Positions 1 through 9,195 of a stretch of DNA of 64,000 nucleotides are shown here, one piece after another (positions within the stretch are counted from its first letter, which is position 1; every line of letters begins with the position of its first letter). The notes beneath the pieces are model-generated. The model worked only from the letters and a program-made list of their open reading frames with translations, did no database searches and was not told the origin of the DNA. Where the stretch lies: the NCBI GenBank assembly GCA_024682255.1, contig GCA_024682255.1_4716.1. One strand, given 5' to 3'. The translations under genes and the position numbers were made by a program. This DNA comes from a phage.

Positions 1-340
1 CACCGGATTCCCGTTAATTGCTGGAACCCCCTAAAGCCTTTCGACCACAGCGGATTCTGAAAAGAAAAACGCGATGGTTAGAAAACAGAAAGGATGTTCG
101 TAAGGAAGCGATAAATGGGCAATCAGCAGCGAAGCTTCTAAGGGCGTGCGTTAGCAATAAGACCTAAGAAGAACGTTCAACGACTATCCGGTCGCGCGGA
201 GTAAGGGACAAGCGTCCCCAAACACGGGAGGGGTGCGAAAGCATTCCATGATATAGTCTGCTCCTAAGTGAAAGCTTAGGCGGGTGGCACACACCGGCAT
301 AAGAGTTGCGTCTTATGTGGACAATGGCTTGACATCTCCT
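1..340 (+). ncRNA. Group I self-splicing intron, catalytic core (5' end and upstream exon outside window; 3' boundary approximate)
   Basis: Conserved group I elements in canonical order: P AATTGCTGG 16-24, Q AATCAGCAGC 121-130, R GTTCAACGACTAT 174-186, S GATATAGTC 250-258; hairpins 205-218 and 263-280; no long ORF. Confidence 0.6.
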
Positions 341-366
341 CGTCCTACCCGAATGGGCAGATCCTG

Positions 367-582
367 TTGAATCTATCCAGAGCATGTGTTTTTCGTGAGC
401 TCTCACGCATTGAGGGCGTCTCTGACTATCAATTCAGGAAGTTAGGTATCAACTTTATTACCGGAGGTAAAACGAACGCTGTAGACTTCTGTAGAATCGT
501 TTATAAAGCACCGTCGATGTTTGAACTTTTAGAACATTTCGATGCGACGCGTCCAAAAGAGGAAGCACGGACCATCGAATGA
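367..582 (+). CDS. Possible 3' exon or C-terminal coding segment downstream of the intron (frame open from 280; splice junction unknown)
   Basis: Only + strand ORF here, followed by hairpin 631-662; TTG start in ORF track, so more likely continuation of an interrupted gene. Confidence 0.3.
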   Translation: MNLSRACVFRELSRIEGVSDYQFRKLGINFITGGKTNAVDFCRIVYKAPSMFELLEHFDATRPKEEARTIE

Positions 583-630
583 ATCAAGTATGTTGATCCT
601 CGTTTAACAAAAAAGAAAACGCATGCGAAG

Positions 631-662
631 CCCCTCCCCCTGGCGGAAGCCGGAGGGAGGGG
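631..662. terminator. GC-rich hairpin with GNRA tetraloop between convergent genes (bidirectional terminator candidate)
   Basis: CCCCTCCCCCTGGC-GGAA-GCCGGAGGGAGGGG perfect extended stem. Confidence 0.5.
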
Positions 663-668
663 TGGGGT

Positions 669-1154
669 TTATGTGTGTTCGTTGCCAACTTTCACTTTGT
701 AATCAGCATCGGTTAAGAAAATAGACAGGAATCCATGTTCTTTGCAAATCTGACTAAGGATGTCAGCAATGATTTCGTTGATCATCGGTTTGTTTGCAAG
801 GGCATAGATGTACCCGGGTGTAAAAGAAAGTGCATGATTGATCATAGGCTCATGAGAAGCCAAGATAAGGATCACGTGATGCTTCCCATCGTCGGTAACG
901 ACCGCTTGCGTAGACACGAAGAAATCAGTGAAGCAGCAGCGATCACAGGCTTTAGGTATATACAAATCACCCAGAGCTTCGTCACGTGCTTTTACGTGTG
1001 TTTCAGGGGTAATGCTGCTAAGTTGATCTTCAGCGAGATCCAAGACATCCTCAATCGTTTTAAGAATAGCGTTGCGGAAATCCTCGCGGTAGAATGGGAT
1101 GATATCACGATCGTTCATGTAATCGCCGGATTCGATAGTAAAGTTGATGTTCAT
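669..1154 (-). CDS. Hypothetical protein (161 aa), small-gene island member
   Basis: ORF with AGGAG RBS upstream of ATG; hairpin downstream. Confidence 0.6.
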   Translation of the reverse strand: MNINFTIESGDYMNDRDIIPFYREDFRNAILKTIEDVLDLAEDQLSSITPETHVKARDEALGDLYIPKACDRCCFTDFFVSTQAVVTDDGKHHVILILASHEPMINHALSFTPGYIYALANKPMINEIIADILSQICKEHGFLSIFLTDADYKVKVGNEHT

Positions 1155-1224
1155 TGAATGCTCCTAGTGGTTATGTCGATTGATTGATGTATTGATTTAT
1201 GTTTGAAGGTGTTGTTCACCTTCG

Positions 1225-1665
1225 TTAGATATCATCATCCGTGGTGCCGTAGGACATATGCTGAATTAATTTTCTCGGCTCGATGAAAATACGACATGTG
1301 ATAAACACATCGGGATCGTATTGCTCCACGCAACGTCCGAAGGCTTGTTTTGCGGCTTGACGCACCGATGTTATTTCCTGATCGTTCATCGCATTATCGA
1401 ATTCGATGTTGATCGTGATTTTATCGGGAAATAAATAGATAAAGTAATCGCCACTGATACCACCATCATCAAAGTGACGTTCATTGTAACACTGGACGAG
1501 CTTACCTTCACGTTCTTTCTGATACCATCCAAGGATACTATTAAGACCTCTGTCCACGCATTCGAATGCTTGAGTAATAACATCCTCAACGACGGAGGCT
1601 GCCGTGGGACCATTGAATAGACGATCTAAGCGCTTTTTCATCGATTTGTCGGTTTTCATGTTCAT
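1225..1665 (-). CDS. Hypothetical protein (about 146 aa), small-gene island member
   Basis: ORF 1225-1692; likely start at internal ATG 1665 preceded by AGGAAAAG RBS; shares an I.I.F.N.MND.(D/E)I motif with the 669-1154 product. Confidence 0.6.
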   Translation of the reverse strand: MNMKTDKSMKKRLDRLFNGPTAASVVEDVITQAFECVDRGLNSILGWYQKEREGKLVQCYNERHFDDGGISGDYFIYLFPDKITINIEFDNAMNDQEITSVRQAAKQAFGRCVEQYDPDVFITCRIFIEPRKLIQHMSYGTTDDDI

Positions 1666-1742
1666 TGTTTCTTTTCCTGTTATAGTCAACATATAGCCCT
1701 TCCCCGGCCTTGACGGCTAGGGAAGGGTATGTTTACGTATAT

Positions 1743-2138
1743 TTACTCTTTGACGTCAGTTGTCGTTTCGACATGCTTCTCACTACTGACGTACCAGAGC
1801 AGGTACGCTGGGAAAAGATTGACCTCTAAGCTAAATGGGATATTGTATTTCTCTTCCATTTTACAGAGATGTTCTTTAAGTAAATTTCTCGCGTCTCTGT
1901 CACCACGAACAGAGTGCCAGTCTAGTTCTTTGTTCTCCTTTACCAGGACCTCTACGATGATACGTTGCTCGTGAACCTCGGTTTTCACAGTGAAAAGTAA
2001 ATCGCTGCTATCAAAACGGGTAAAACGAATGTATGAACCTGGTGTTTTTTCTTGTTTAATAATATCGATCATGGTAGAAATGCGCGGATGATCGATGTTG
2101 TCGTTAACAGCTTTAACGATGGATTCTACAATGCTCAT
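1743..2138 (-). CDS. Hypothetical protein (131 aa)
   Basis: ORF with AAGGA RBS before ATG; hairpin 1696-1728 downstream. Confidence 0.6.
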   Translation of the reverse strand: MSIVESIVKAVNDNIDHPRISTMIDIIKQEKTPGSYIRFTRFDSSDLLFTVKTEVHEQRIIVEVLVKENKELDWHSVRGDRDARNLLKEHLCKMEEKYNIPFSLEVNLFPAYLLWYVSSEKHVETTTDVKE

Positions 2139-2295
2139 TTTTTATCCTTAATGTTATCGATTTAGAAATATTACTTAATTACTGTTTTATTTATCGATGG
2201 TTGTTACCCATGATGGGAAAGCCGGATGGAAACAGAGCGTGAACGTAACCTTCGTATCGTATTTAATCGCTGAACTTTATCTTTGATAGACATGA

Positions 2296-2754
2296 TTACC
2301 CCTTAGCTCCTTCTTCGTCTGGAGAGTATTCCATCGTGTAGAATTCATAACCATCGGAAAACTTGAGTGTTAATGTAATAGGGAAATCGCACGGCATAGC
2401 TGATTTCGTAAATGCGTTATTAGCAACATCAGCCAACCGACGTATAGCATCGGTCCCGCTGACGCTGAACGGTAGTTGTATGTTGATAAGGATACGACGC
2501 TTGTAAACATAGAAAACAACGGTACTGTCGAGATAAACGCTATGGAACGGTATTGTTGGGATGCGTTCCACAATGGTAAAATACGTCCCGTCATTATCGC
2601 TATGCCCCATCGACCAAATATCGGATTTGCGTAGATTTTGTTTGAGGGATTCGATACTTCGAGTGACGGTCTCAGCAACAGGCGTGACGTAAGTGTCTCT
2701 ATGCGAGTCGAAAAGTTCGTTGACGTTAGATTCGAATGAATACATTGTTGCCAT
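2296..2754 (-). CDS. Hypothetical protein (152 aa), acidic C-terminus
   Basis: ORF in minus-strand array; hairpin 2783-2807 upstream. Confidence 0.55.
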   Translation of the reverse strand: MATMYSFESNVNELFDSHRDTYVTPVAETVTRSIESLKQNLRKSDIWSMGHSDNDGTYFTIVERIPTIPFHSVYLDSTVVFYVYKRRILINIQLPFSVSGTDAIRRLADVANNAFTKSAMPCDFPITLTLKFSDGYEFYTMEYSPDEEGAKG

Positions 2755-2820
2755 TTTCTACCTCAATAGTTTAACCGGCACGTGTCCCCACCTAACAAGG
2801 GACACGATATCATCGATTAA

Positions 2821-3321
2821 TTACTCTTCTGTGTTTTCATTGTCAGGATCGTAGTGGAATTCGAACAGCCCTGAACCGTCGTGCCCGTTGATTGTTAGTA
2901 TAACGGGCATATCGAATCCTCGGACGCGCGAATGAAAACACTGTGCTAATTTGAGTTTGGCGTATGCCACTATTTCATTGACGGCAATGCACGACTCACC
3001 TGTTATACTCAGTATAACGTCGATACTAACAATGTTGTCGTGCAACGCAAAACGCCAGCGATCGATACGATTATTATCTTTAGCAGGTGTCTCGTTTACG
3101 AGATAGACTTTATCGTCAACCGACAAAGCGGGACTCCAGCAACGTTCGTTTATTAAATTCGCCTGGAGTTTTAGTATCGTCTGATCAATAATATCCCAAC
3201 ACGCAACCAGCGTGGCGTCAGACACTGAATTGAGAAGGGTGAGTACTTTATCCTTTATTTTAAGTGCTTCCGCAGGACGCCCGCAAATACCATGCATTTC
3301 AACTTTCTTATTCATATTCAC
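2821..3321 (-). CDS. Hypothetical protein (166 aa), acidic C-terminus
   Basis: ORF in minus-strand array. Confidence 0.55.
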   Translation of the reverse strand: MNMNKKVEMHGICGRPAEALKIKDKVLTLLNSVSDATLVACWDIIDQTILKLQANLINERCWSPALSVDDKVYLVNETPAKDNNRIDRWRFALHDNIVSIDVILSITGESCIAVNEIVAYAKLKLAQCFHSRVRGFDMPVILTINGHDGSGLFEFHYDPDNENTEE

Positions 3322-3360
3322 TTCTTTCTTAATCTAAATGTTAGTTGGGGGATGGGATGC

Positions 3361-3993
3361 TTACATGCTTTCTAGCATATTGACGATCATGGAACCCATA
3401 CCGAAACTCGGTCTCTCACCGATATACTCAGCAAGTTGACGGTGTACGTCTTTTGGATTTCCTTCTTCACCGTCAGCATCGATGTAGACCGAAAAAGAAA
3501 CCGAATCGGAATCCACGCTGATAACCAGACGACGTTCATTGCGTTCCTTGAGCGTGTCGACGATAGATGCTTTCAGTACCGGGATCGCATTCATCGCGTG
3601 CAAGATATCTCCATCAGGTCTCGCCAGATCGATCTTTTCTTTCAGGTCGATATTGATGTTGGTTACAATTGGGTTGAGGTCGACCTTGACATAATCGTTG
3701 GGATACATGCGAATAATCGCACGATCGATATCTGAACCGTAAAAGTCAACACGTGGCTTTAACACCTCTTTGTTTGGATCCATGTTTTCATCCATACCCG
3801 CCTGCAAGAAACGTTCTACGTTATCCAGTTCACGATAAACTGACGCTTCGATTTCTTTCAGATAGTTGGCTGCGGTTTCATGTTCTTTACGTAGCTCGTC
3901 TTTAAGGAGCTGTACGGTGGTTTCACTGGAACGAATGCTGTTCGCGAATTGGGTAATTGACATATCGAATTCCTTAAATTCTCTTGAGTTCAA
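3361..3993 (-). CDS. Hypothetical protein (210 aa)
   Basis: ORF in minus-strand array; strong terminator 4028-4045 upstream. Confidence 0.6.
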   Translation of the reverse strand: MNSREFKEFDMSITQFANSIRSSETTVQLLKDELRKEHETAANYLKEIEASVYRELDNVERFLQAGMDENMDPNKEVLKPRVDFYGSDIDRAIIRMYPNDYVKVDLNPIVTNINIDLKEKIDLARPDGDILHAMNAIPVLKASIVDTLKERNERRLVISVDSDSVSFSVYIDADGEEGNPKDVHRQLAEYIGERPSFGMGSMIVNMLESM

Positions 3994-4027
3994 TTGATGA
4001 TGAAAAGCTGTAAAAAAGGTGGGGCGA

Positions 4028-4045
4028 ACCCCACCAAAACGTCAG
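4028..4045 (-). terminator. Rho-independent terminator (minus strand) after gene 4061-4486
   Basis: GGTGGGG-CGAA-CCCCACC stem-loop followed on minus strand by T6. Confidence 0.7.
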
Positions 4046-4060
4046 ACACACGCAGGAAAA

Positions 4061-4486
4061 TTAATTCAGTGACGCATATAAGGCATAACGACTGTAGATT
4101 TCAACCGCCGGTCCGTTATGCGTTAACAGACCATCCCGGTTGTAATACTGGAAAAATGAATAACGTTTGTCGAAGTGATAAACAAAAGCAATGTCTTTGC
4201 CGTCAAAACCTGTGATGCGTGGTCTGTTTTTATCTAGCAATGCTTTAACTTTTAACAGTGTTGCCGCACGTGCTTTAACGTTAGGGATCAAGCCATCACA
4301 ATCGATATAAACAGTGTAACCTGTTTCAGATGTTGCGACGGTCGTATTGCGATTGACGCGGAAGATTTTTGTTTCGTATGTACTATCTTCAAGAATTGGG
4401 TTTTGTTTTTCGTATTTTCGTTTACGCAGAAATTCTACAACGGTGATATAGTTAGCGGTAATATGCCCGGTTATAGCTTGTAACAT
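4061..4486 (-). CDS. Hypothetical protein (141 aa)
   Basis: ORF with conserved leader ATCCAATATAAAAGGATGTCGAG before ATG. Confidence 0.6.
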   Translation of the reverse strand: MLQAITGHITANYITVVEFLRKRKYEKQNPILEDSTYETKIFRVNRNTTVATSETGYTVYIDCDGLIPNVKARAATLLKVKALLDKNRPRITGFDGKDIAFVYHFDKRYSFFQYYNRDGLLTHNGPAVEIYSRYALYASLN

Positions 4487-4658
4487 CTCGACATCCTTTT
4501 ATATTGGATTGATTGCAATTGTCTTAAATAGATGATAAGATATTTTGCTCTTATCACTAAGGTAACGCTTACGCGTCGCGTTCATGATGCATGGCATCAT
4601 GAAGGTAATGTAGTCGTGAAATAAACTGCGTTAACACGAAATAAAAAACAGCATAGAA

Positions 4659-4690
4659 CCCTCTCCCAACCCGTAAGGGAAGGGAGAGGG
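4659..4690 (-). terminator. Conserved 32-nt hairpin element, copy 1
   Basis: CCCTCTCCC-AACCCGTAAGGGAA-GGGAGAGGG; identical copy at 11827-11858, variant at 51905-51936. Confidence 0.6.
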
Positions 4691-4703
4691 AATATTAAAA
4701 TTG

Positions 4704-5159
4704 TCACTTTATATTGAACGCTTTTCGCAACGCATTAAGAACTAAATTAATTTCTTGCGCTTGTAACTTTAATCCCTGTGCTGAGCCATCAAACCCAAGC
4801 CAACGCCATACAAGGCATTTTACAGGTTTGTTGCTATCGTCGATACTATATGTGATCTCCAGTGTACTTTGATACGCGTAGTCACCATGTGTTTTCAGTG
4901 ACTGATTGAAATAAATATCAAATGCTTCTTCTATAGCCTGTTTACCGCGATCGTTACAAACAAACGCGATGTATCCGTCGGAATATCCAACTTCCTCTGG
5001 ATGTCCTTGGCAGGAGAAAATACTGATGGCGTCTTGCTGAGCAAGATTGAACACCGTGAAGAAATCACCAAATAAAGGATCGAGATTTAATGCGTTGTTA
5101 TCGATAAGGTTCCTTACCGCTTTACGGTATTCTCCCAGACTATTGTTCGCTGTAAACAT
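4704..5159 (-). CDS. Hypothetical protein (151 aa)
   Basis: ORF in minus-strand array followed by conserved hairpin. Confidence 0.6.
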   Translation of the reverse strand: MFTANNSLGEYRKAVRNLIDNNALNLDPLFGDFFTVFNLAQQDAISIFSCQGHPEEVGYSDGYIAFVCNDRGKQAIEEAFDIYFNQSLKTHGDYAYQSTLEITYSIDDSNKPVKCLVWRWLGFDGSAQGLKLQAQEINLVLNALRKAFNIK

Positions 5160-5169
5160 TCTTTTACCT

Positions 5170-5571
5170 TTAAATATCGTGGATAGCGGTGCCGTTTAGC
5201 CAACAATACAACTTAATGCGACACGGATAGCGATTCGTAGCCAAGAGCAGTTCATCGCGTAAACGCTGGTAGATTTCATCCTGGTGTTCGCGATCAATGG
5301 GGTAATCGGCCCAACATTCGATCATGACGTCACCATTCGTCAGAATCGTCGTACGCATCCTGTCCTGGATACGGCGGTCTTTCCCGGCATTAGGGAAATA
5401 CATTCCTTCGGTACGAATAAGGTCGCCGCAGGGCATGACTAACCATTCGTTCGTTTTGCCGGTATTCTTATAATCCATTACAGCTTGCATTGCGGTGTCA
5501 ACGCTAAAAGAAACATAATTCCAAACGGATGTCCAACGATAGATTGCGGGTTGTTCGAGTGTTTCGTTCAT
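5170..5571 (-). CDS. Hypothetical protein (133 aa)
   Basis: ORF in minus-strand array. Confidence 0.55.
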   Translation of the reverse strand: MNETLEQPAIYRWTSVWNYVSFSVDTAMQAVMDYKNTGKTNEWLVMPCGDLIRTEGMYFPNAGKDRRIQDRMRTTILTNGDVMIECWADYPIDREHQDEIYQRLRDELLLATNRYPCRIKLYCWLNGTAIHDI

Positions 5572-5785
5572 GGAGTGCTTGTCCTATTTTTATTTTCTGC
5601 ACAGGATAAATTCAACGGCATAAAGCCCTTCCCTGCCCTTATATGGGGCGGGAAGAGTTTATGACCGCAATGAGAATCTCTCACGACAAGCTCACGACGA
5701 TTATCGCATCACCCCGCGAGTGAGGGAGATCAGGATCACCTCCTACGTCGTAACGACAGTAATCCCGTTAACGCCACCTTAGGCA

Positions 5786-6412
5786 TTATGCAAAGCGACG
5801 CATGTAACCTGCCAGATAGTTACGCGTATCGAAGTAAGCAATTTCAGGAATTGCGATGTTAAGGTCGATAGCGCGGATTTCAACTTGGCGACGGCTTTCA
5901 TCATAGATCGCATCCATCAGACGCAGTACTGTCAGGAAAGCCATGCGGGTATGGTAGTCCAGCGGCATGTTGTCGATACCGCGATACAGATAACGGTTTG
6001 CGTTAAATGCCCCTTCGCTGTTATCTTTCCAGATCTTCAGAATATCAGCAAAGGCGGTGCGGAAAACCTCAGGATTATCCACATCCAGTAACGCACGGAA
6101 GGCAGACATTAAAGACCGCTGATGGCGGATCAACGACTGCGGCGTTTGCGGCATGGTTGGACCCATTTCTTCCGCATATTTCTGGAACGGGGCAACCAGG
6201 GTTGCGGCACGAGAAGCCACGATAGAAACAGCAGGCGATTCTTTCACCGCTGGTTTCGCAGGCTTTTCTTCAACAACGGTTTCCTTCTTCTCAACAGCGA
6301 CCGTTTCCGGCTGTGCTACAACATCACTAACCGGAGCATCTGCAACGGTGGTTTCTACCGCAGTAATCTCCTCGTCCATTTTTGCAGAACGTTGGTCTTT
6401 ATTCTTGCTCAT
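5786..6412 (-). CDS. Hypothetical protein (208 aa) with low-complexity acidic/Pro/Val-rich N-terminal half
   Basis: ORF; hairpin 5625-5656 about 130 nt downstream. Confidence 0.6.
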   Translation of the reverse strand: MSKNKDQRSAKMDEEITAVETTVADAPVSDVVAQPETVAVEKKETVVEEKPAKPAVKESPAVSIVASRAATLVAPFQKYAEEMGPTMPQTPQSLIRHQRSLMSAFRALLDVDNPEVFRTAFADILKIWKDNSEGAFNANRYLYRGIDNMPLDYHTRMAFLTVLRLMDAIYDESRRQVEIRAIDLNIAIPEIAYFDTRNYLAGYMRRFA

Positions 6413-6437
6413 GTTTATTTCCTTTTGTTTAACAAGG

Positions 6438-7739
6438 TTAACTAATATAAAGTTCAGGATCGTAAGGCGCTAACGATACACTGGCGTTATGCATTGCTTT
6501 CATCATAGTGTTCATGAAAACGTTGTTTACACCGGTGATCTCTGCCCCGATCGCATCTGGGGTTGGAGCCATCGCGTTACCGCAACAGGTAGCACAGTAT
6601 TCCAATGGGCCTGCTTTACAACGTTGAGGATCACGTAACTTGATGGTCTGTCCTTCCAAGGAAGCGAGTAATTCAGCATCAATAAGTTTAAGCGCCGCGC
6701 CGTCGATCATGTAACGGCCGACAAGCAGCTTATCTTTGATGTGGTCGCGGTTTACCGTGAACAGAATATGTTCGTGGGTACCACAGTCGTCCATCGTGAT
6801 TTTAAGGTTCTGTGTCGCACGTTGCGATTCTTTCGCCGTCTGTCCAGCTAAAGCGGTCAACGCACCACGTGAGAACGAACCAGCACGTGCGCTGTTGTTG
6901 TACTCCGCCCAATGGTCGACACGCATCCCTTCAGCCAGGCTGTGTGTGATAACGTTACGTTTACCGGGGTCAACGAAGTCGGCTTCAACCCCCATCATGA
7001 TGTGCGTTTTCTTTCGAGTATTACCGAAACTCTTGCCTGGGTTAATATAGAACCCTTCCGATTCATCGCCCTTAAAGGATTCCTTATCCATTTTGGTTAG
7101 CGTGGCTTCGAGTTTGATCAGTTCTTCAGGCGTGAACTTACCTTCCTCTTGTAAGCGTGCTAACTCTTTATCGCGATAGGCAATAATATCATCATCGACC
7201 GTTAACGCTTTATCGCTCATCGATGGGACAATTAAACGGTTGATAGCGGTTAACGCACTGATATTGTTGGTGAATTTCTTCACTTCGCTTGCGTACAGCG
7301 GGCCAATAGGACGTTCGTTAGGATCGGGTATTCCCTCTTCGGGATCGTCAGCTACGCGTGGCGCAATCAGTGACTCCAGTGTGCCGCTGGTCAACCGTCC
7401 TGCCTGGTATTCAATCTGAATACCGAAAGCATCATAAAGGACGTACATATTGAACAGAGCTTCGCCGAAGGTTGTGGTGGTTGTGTTCTTAACCGACGGT
7501 AGATCGCCAGGTGCGAGCTCCAATGGCTCCCAGAAACTCAACAAGGGTTTTGTTGGCTCGGTTTCCCATTGGTGTTCTTCACCGTCGATGGTAACCGTAA
7601 CGACGTTACCTTGACGACGTAATTTAGGCTGATACTTCTCAGCGCCGCCTTCCGTAAAAGCAAATGCGTCGTTAATCCATTCAAGATAACGGTAGTGCCC
7701 TTCACGCATCGCGTAAAGGAAATATTCACGAGGTGTCAT
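6438..7739 (-). CDS. Hypothetical protein (433 aa)
   Basis: Long ORF; Cys cluster CATCCGNAM near C-terminus; no recognised catalytic motif. Confidence 0.7.
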   Translation of the reverse strand: MTPREYFLYAMREGHYRYLEWINDAFAFTEGGAEKYQPKLRRQGNVVTVTIDGEEHQWETEPTKPLLSFWEPLELAPGDLPSVKNTTTTTFGEALFNMYVLYDAFGIQIEYQAGRLTSGTLESLIAPRVADDPEEGIPDPNERPIGPLYASEVKKFTNNISALTAINRLIVPSMSDKALTVDDDIIAYRDKELARLQEEGKFTPEELIKLEATLTKMDKESFKGDESEGFYINPGKSFGNTRKKTHIMMGVEADFVDPGKRNVITHSLAEGMRVDHWAEYNNSARAGSFSRGALTALAGQTAKESQRATQNLKITMDDCGTHEHILFTVNRDHIKDKLLVGRYMIDGAALKLIDAELLASLEGQTIKLRDPQRCKAGPLEYCATCCGNAMAPTPDAIGAEITGVNNVFMNTMMKAMHNASVSLAPYDPELYIS

Positions 7740-7752
7740 GTAACAACTCCTT

Positions 7753-8631
7753 TTAAACCCGGGTCAGGTCACCGTGACGTGAAACGAACTCTGATAACGC
7801 TCGGGTTGCTTCTTTGGATTCTTCAGCCATCGGGAAGTTTGCGGTAATAAGTTCTCGTAAGACAGGGACGAGTTCGTTATCTTCGAGATCAGAAGCTAAA
7901 GCGAATGCAATCAGTTCTTGGGTGTATGCATACGGTTGCTGACGTAATGCAGTAAGCTGATCCCGACACTGCGACATTAGCAGGTCCAGTGGAACCGCTA
8001 TCGTACCCCCTTCATCAATATACTGGCTGAACACCGGTGGGAACGCATCGCTGATGACACGAATACGTCGACGAATATGATCCGGAATCTGGACGTTTTC
8101 TTCGTCGACGACGTTTTCGCTATCTTTCTCCAGCTTCTTGGTCAGTACCTGTTGAATGCGTGGGAGTAAGCTTGAATGTACGAAACCGATTAATGGGGTT
8201 ACATTCGCAGCATCGACGCCGTAAATGTGACGCGTACATTCTGCTAACGCTTCAGCTGCGGTGTAGTCTTCATCTTCAACGATAGCAAGTAGAAAAGCGG
8301 TATCGTCGTGTGTTTCCAGGTCTAATAACGTAGACGCTAGCGCATGAAGATATTTCAGGCTATCCAGCGATAGCTGTCCTTCGTTAATTCGGATCCCGAA
8401 GGCAAGCAATTGTTGTTTATAAAGTTCGATACATCCGTTTGTTAAAATGATGTCTAATTCGTTTAAATCGTATTGTTCCCCAGCACCTGACAACATCGTA
8501 CTGCAGAACGTTTCCAGTTGTTCACATTTAAAATCTTGGTATAAACGATGCGTGCAGTGCTGTAACAGCGTACGCCTTGTTTCAGGGATCTTACCTTCTA
8601 ACAAAGCCAAGACGGAATCAATCATATCCAC
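7753..8631 (-). CDS. Hypothetical acidic protein (292 aa)
   Basis: Long ORF with GGAGTGG RBS; first gene of minus operon diverging from + cluster. Confidence 0.7.
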   Translation of the reverse strand: MDMIDSVLALLEGKIPETRRTLLQHCTHRLYQDFKCEQLETFCSTMLSGAGEQYDLNELDIILTNGCIELYKQQLLAFGIRINEGQLSLDSLKYLHALASTLLDLETHDDTAFLLAIVEDEDYTAAEALAECTRHIYGVDAANVTPLIGFVHSSLLPRIQQVLTKKLEKDSENVVDEENVQIPDHIRRRIRVISDAFPPVFSQYIDEGGTIAVPLDLLMSQCRDQLTALRQQPYAYTQELIAFALASDLEDNELVPVLRELITANFPMAEESKEATRALSEFVSRHGDLTRV

Positions 8632-8721
8632 TCCGATGCGGTAAATGTCTACTAGCTCTCATAATCTATTGAAGAAACTACCAGCTTACGCCAACTTAGA
8701 TTAATCAGGAGTAACCATCCC

Positions 8722-9195
8722 ATGCCAGTTTCATCCAAACCAAGAAAAAAATCCGTAGGAAACCCTAAAGCTCAGGAAACAACAGCAATTCGTTGGGACG
8801 AGTTACGTGAACCTATCGAAAACTGCGAATTGTTATTAGGTACCCTGGGTGCGGCTATTTACCAAGCGACGCAGCCCTGTCGTTTACGATTAACCCAAAA
8901 CAAACGTGATGAGTTCGTTGCGTTATCAACAAGCACGAATAAAGATCTGACCGAACTTCAAACCGAATTGACGACGATCAAGAACTCCATTACGCCGATG
9001 TACGGTAAAGAAGTTGATGAACAAAGTATTCTGTTACAGTACAACTACGGGATGTCGTTAATGAACATCCTGGAACGCGCATCCGATATTCTGCGTCCTG
9101 ACGTTGCACGCCTGAGCCAACTGCGTGTTGAAGGGATGGAGAACCAGATCCGATTCGCTAACAGCGTTAAATCTCAAGGAGCCACCGAAGCATGA
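8722..9195 (+). CDS. Hypothetical protein (157 aa)
   Basis: ORF with AGGAG RBS; stop overlaps next start (ATGA). Confidence 0.65.
   Translation: MPVSSKPRKKSVGNPKAQETTAIRWDELREPIENCELLLGTLGAAIYQATQPCRLRLTQNKRDEFVALSTSTNKDLTELQTELTTIKNSITPMYGKEVDEQSILLQYNYGMSLMNILERASDILRPDVARLSQLRVEGMENQIRFANSVKSQGATEA

Noticed and set aside
3436-3735. Plus-strand ORF 3436-3735 and similar short opposite-strand ORFs throughout (e.g. 735-1157, 7538-7729, 36274-36613, 40418-41421)
   Set aside because: Each lies wholly within a longer, better-supported gene on the other strand with operon context; no independent signals
4484-4520. T4-type late promoter (TATAAATA-like ATATAAAAGG) in the conserved leader
   Set aside because: Match is imperfect and lies only about 12 nt from the ATG, leaving no room for a normal 5' UTR; kept only as a conserved motif
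5885-6473. Plus-strand ORFs 5885-6091, 6007-6225, 6122-6445, 6153-6473
   Set aside because: Overlap the minus-strand 208-aa gene whose product has a low-complexity region; low-complexity sequence tends to leave the opposite strand open; no RBS
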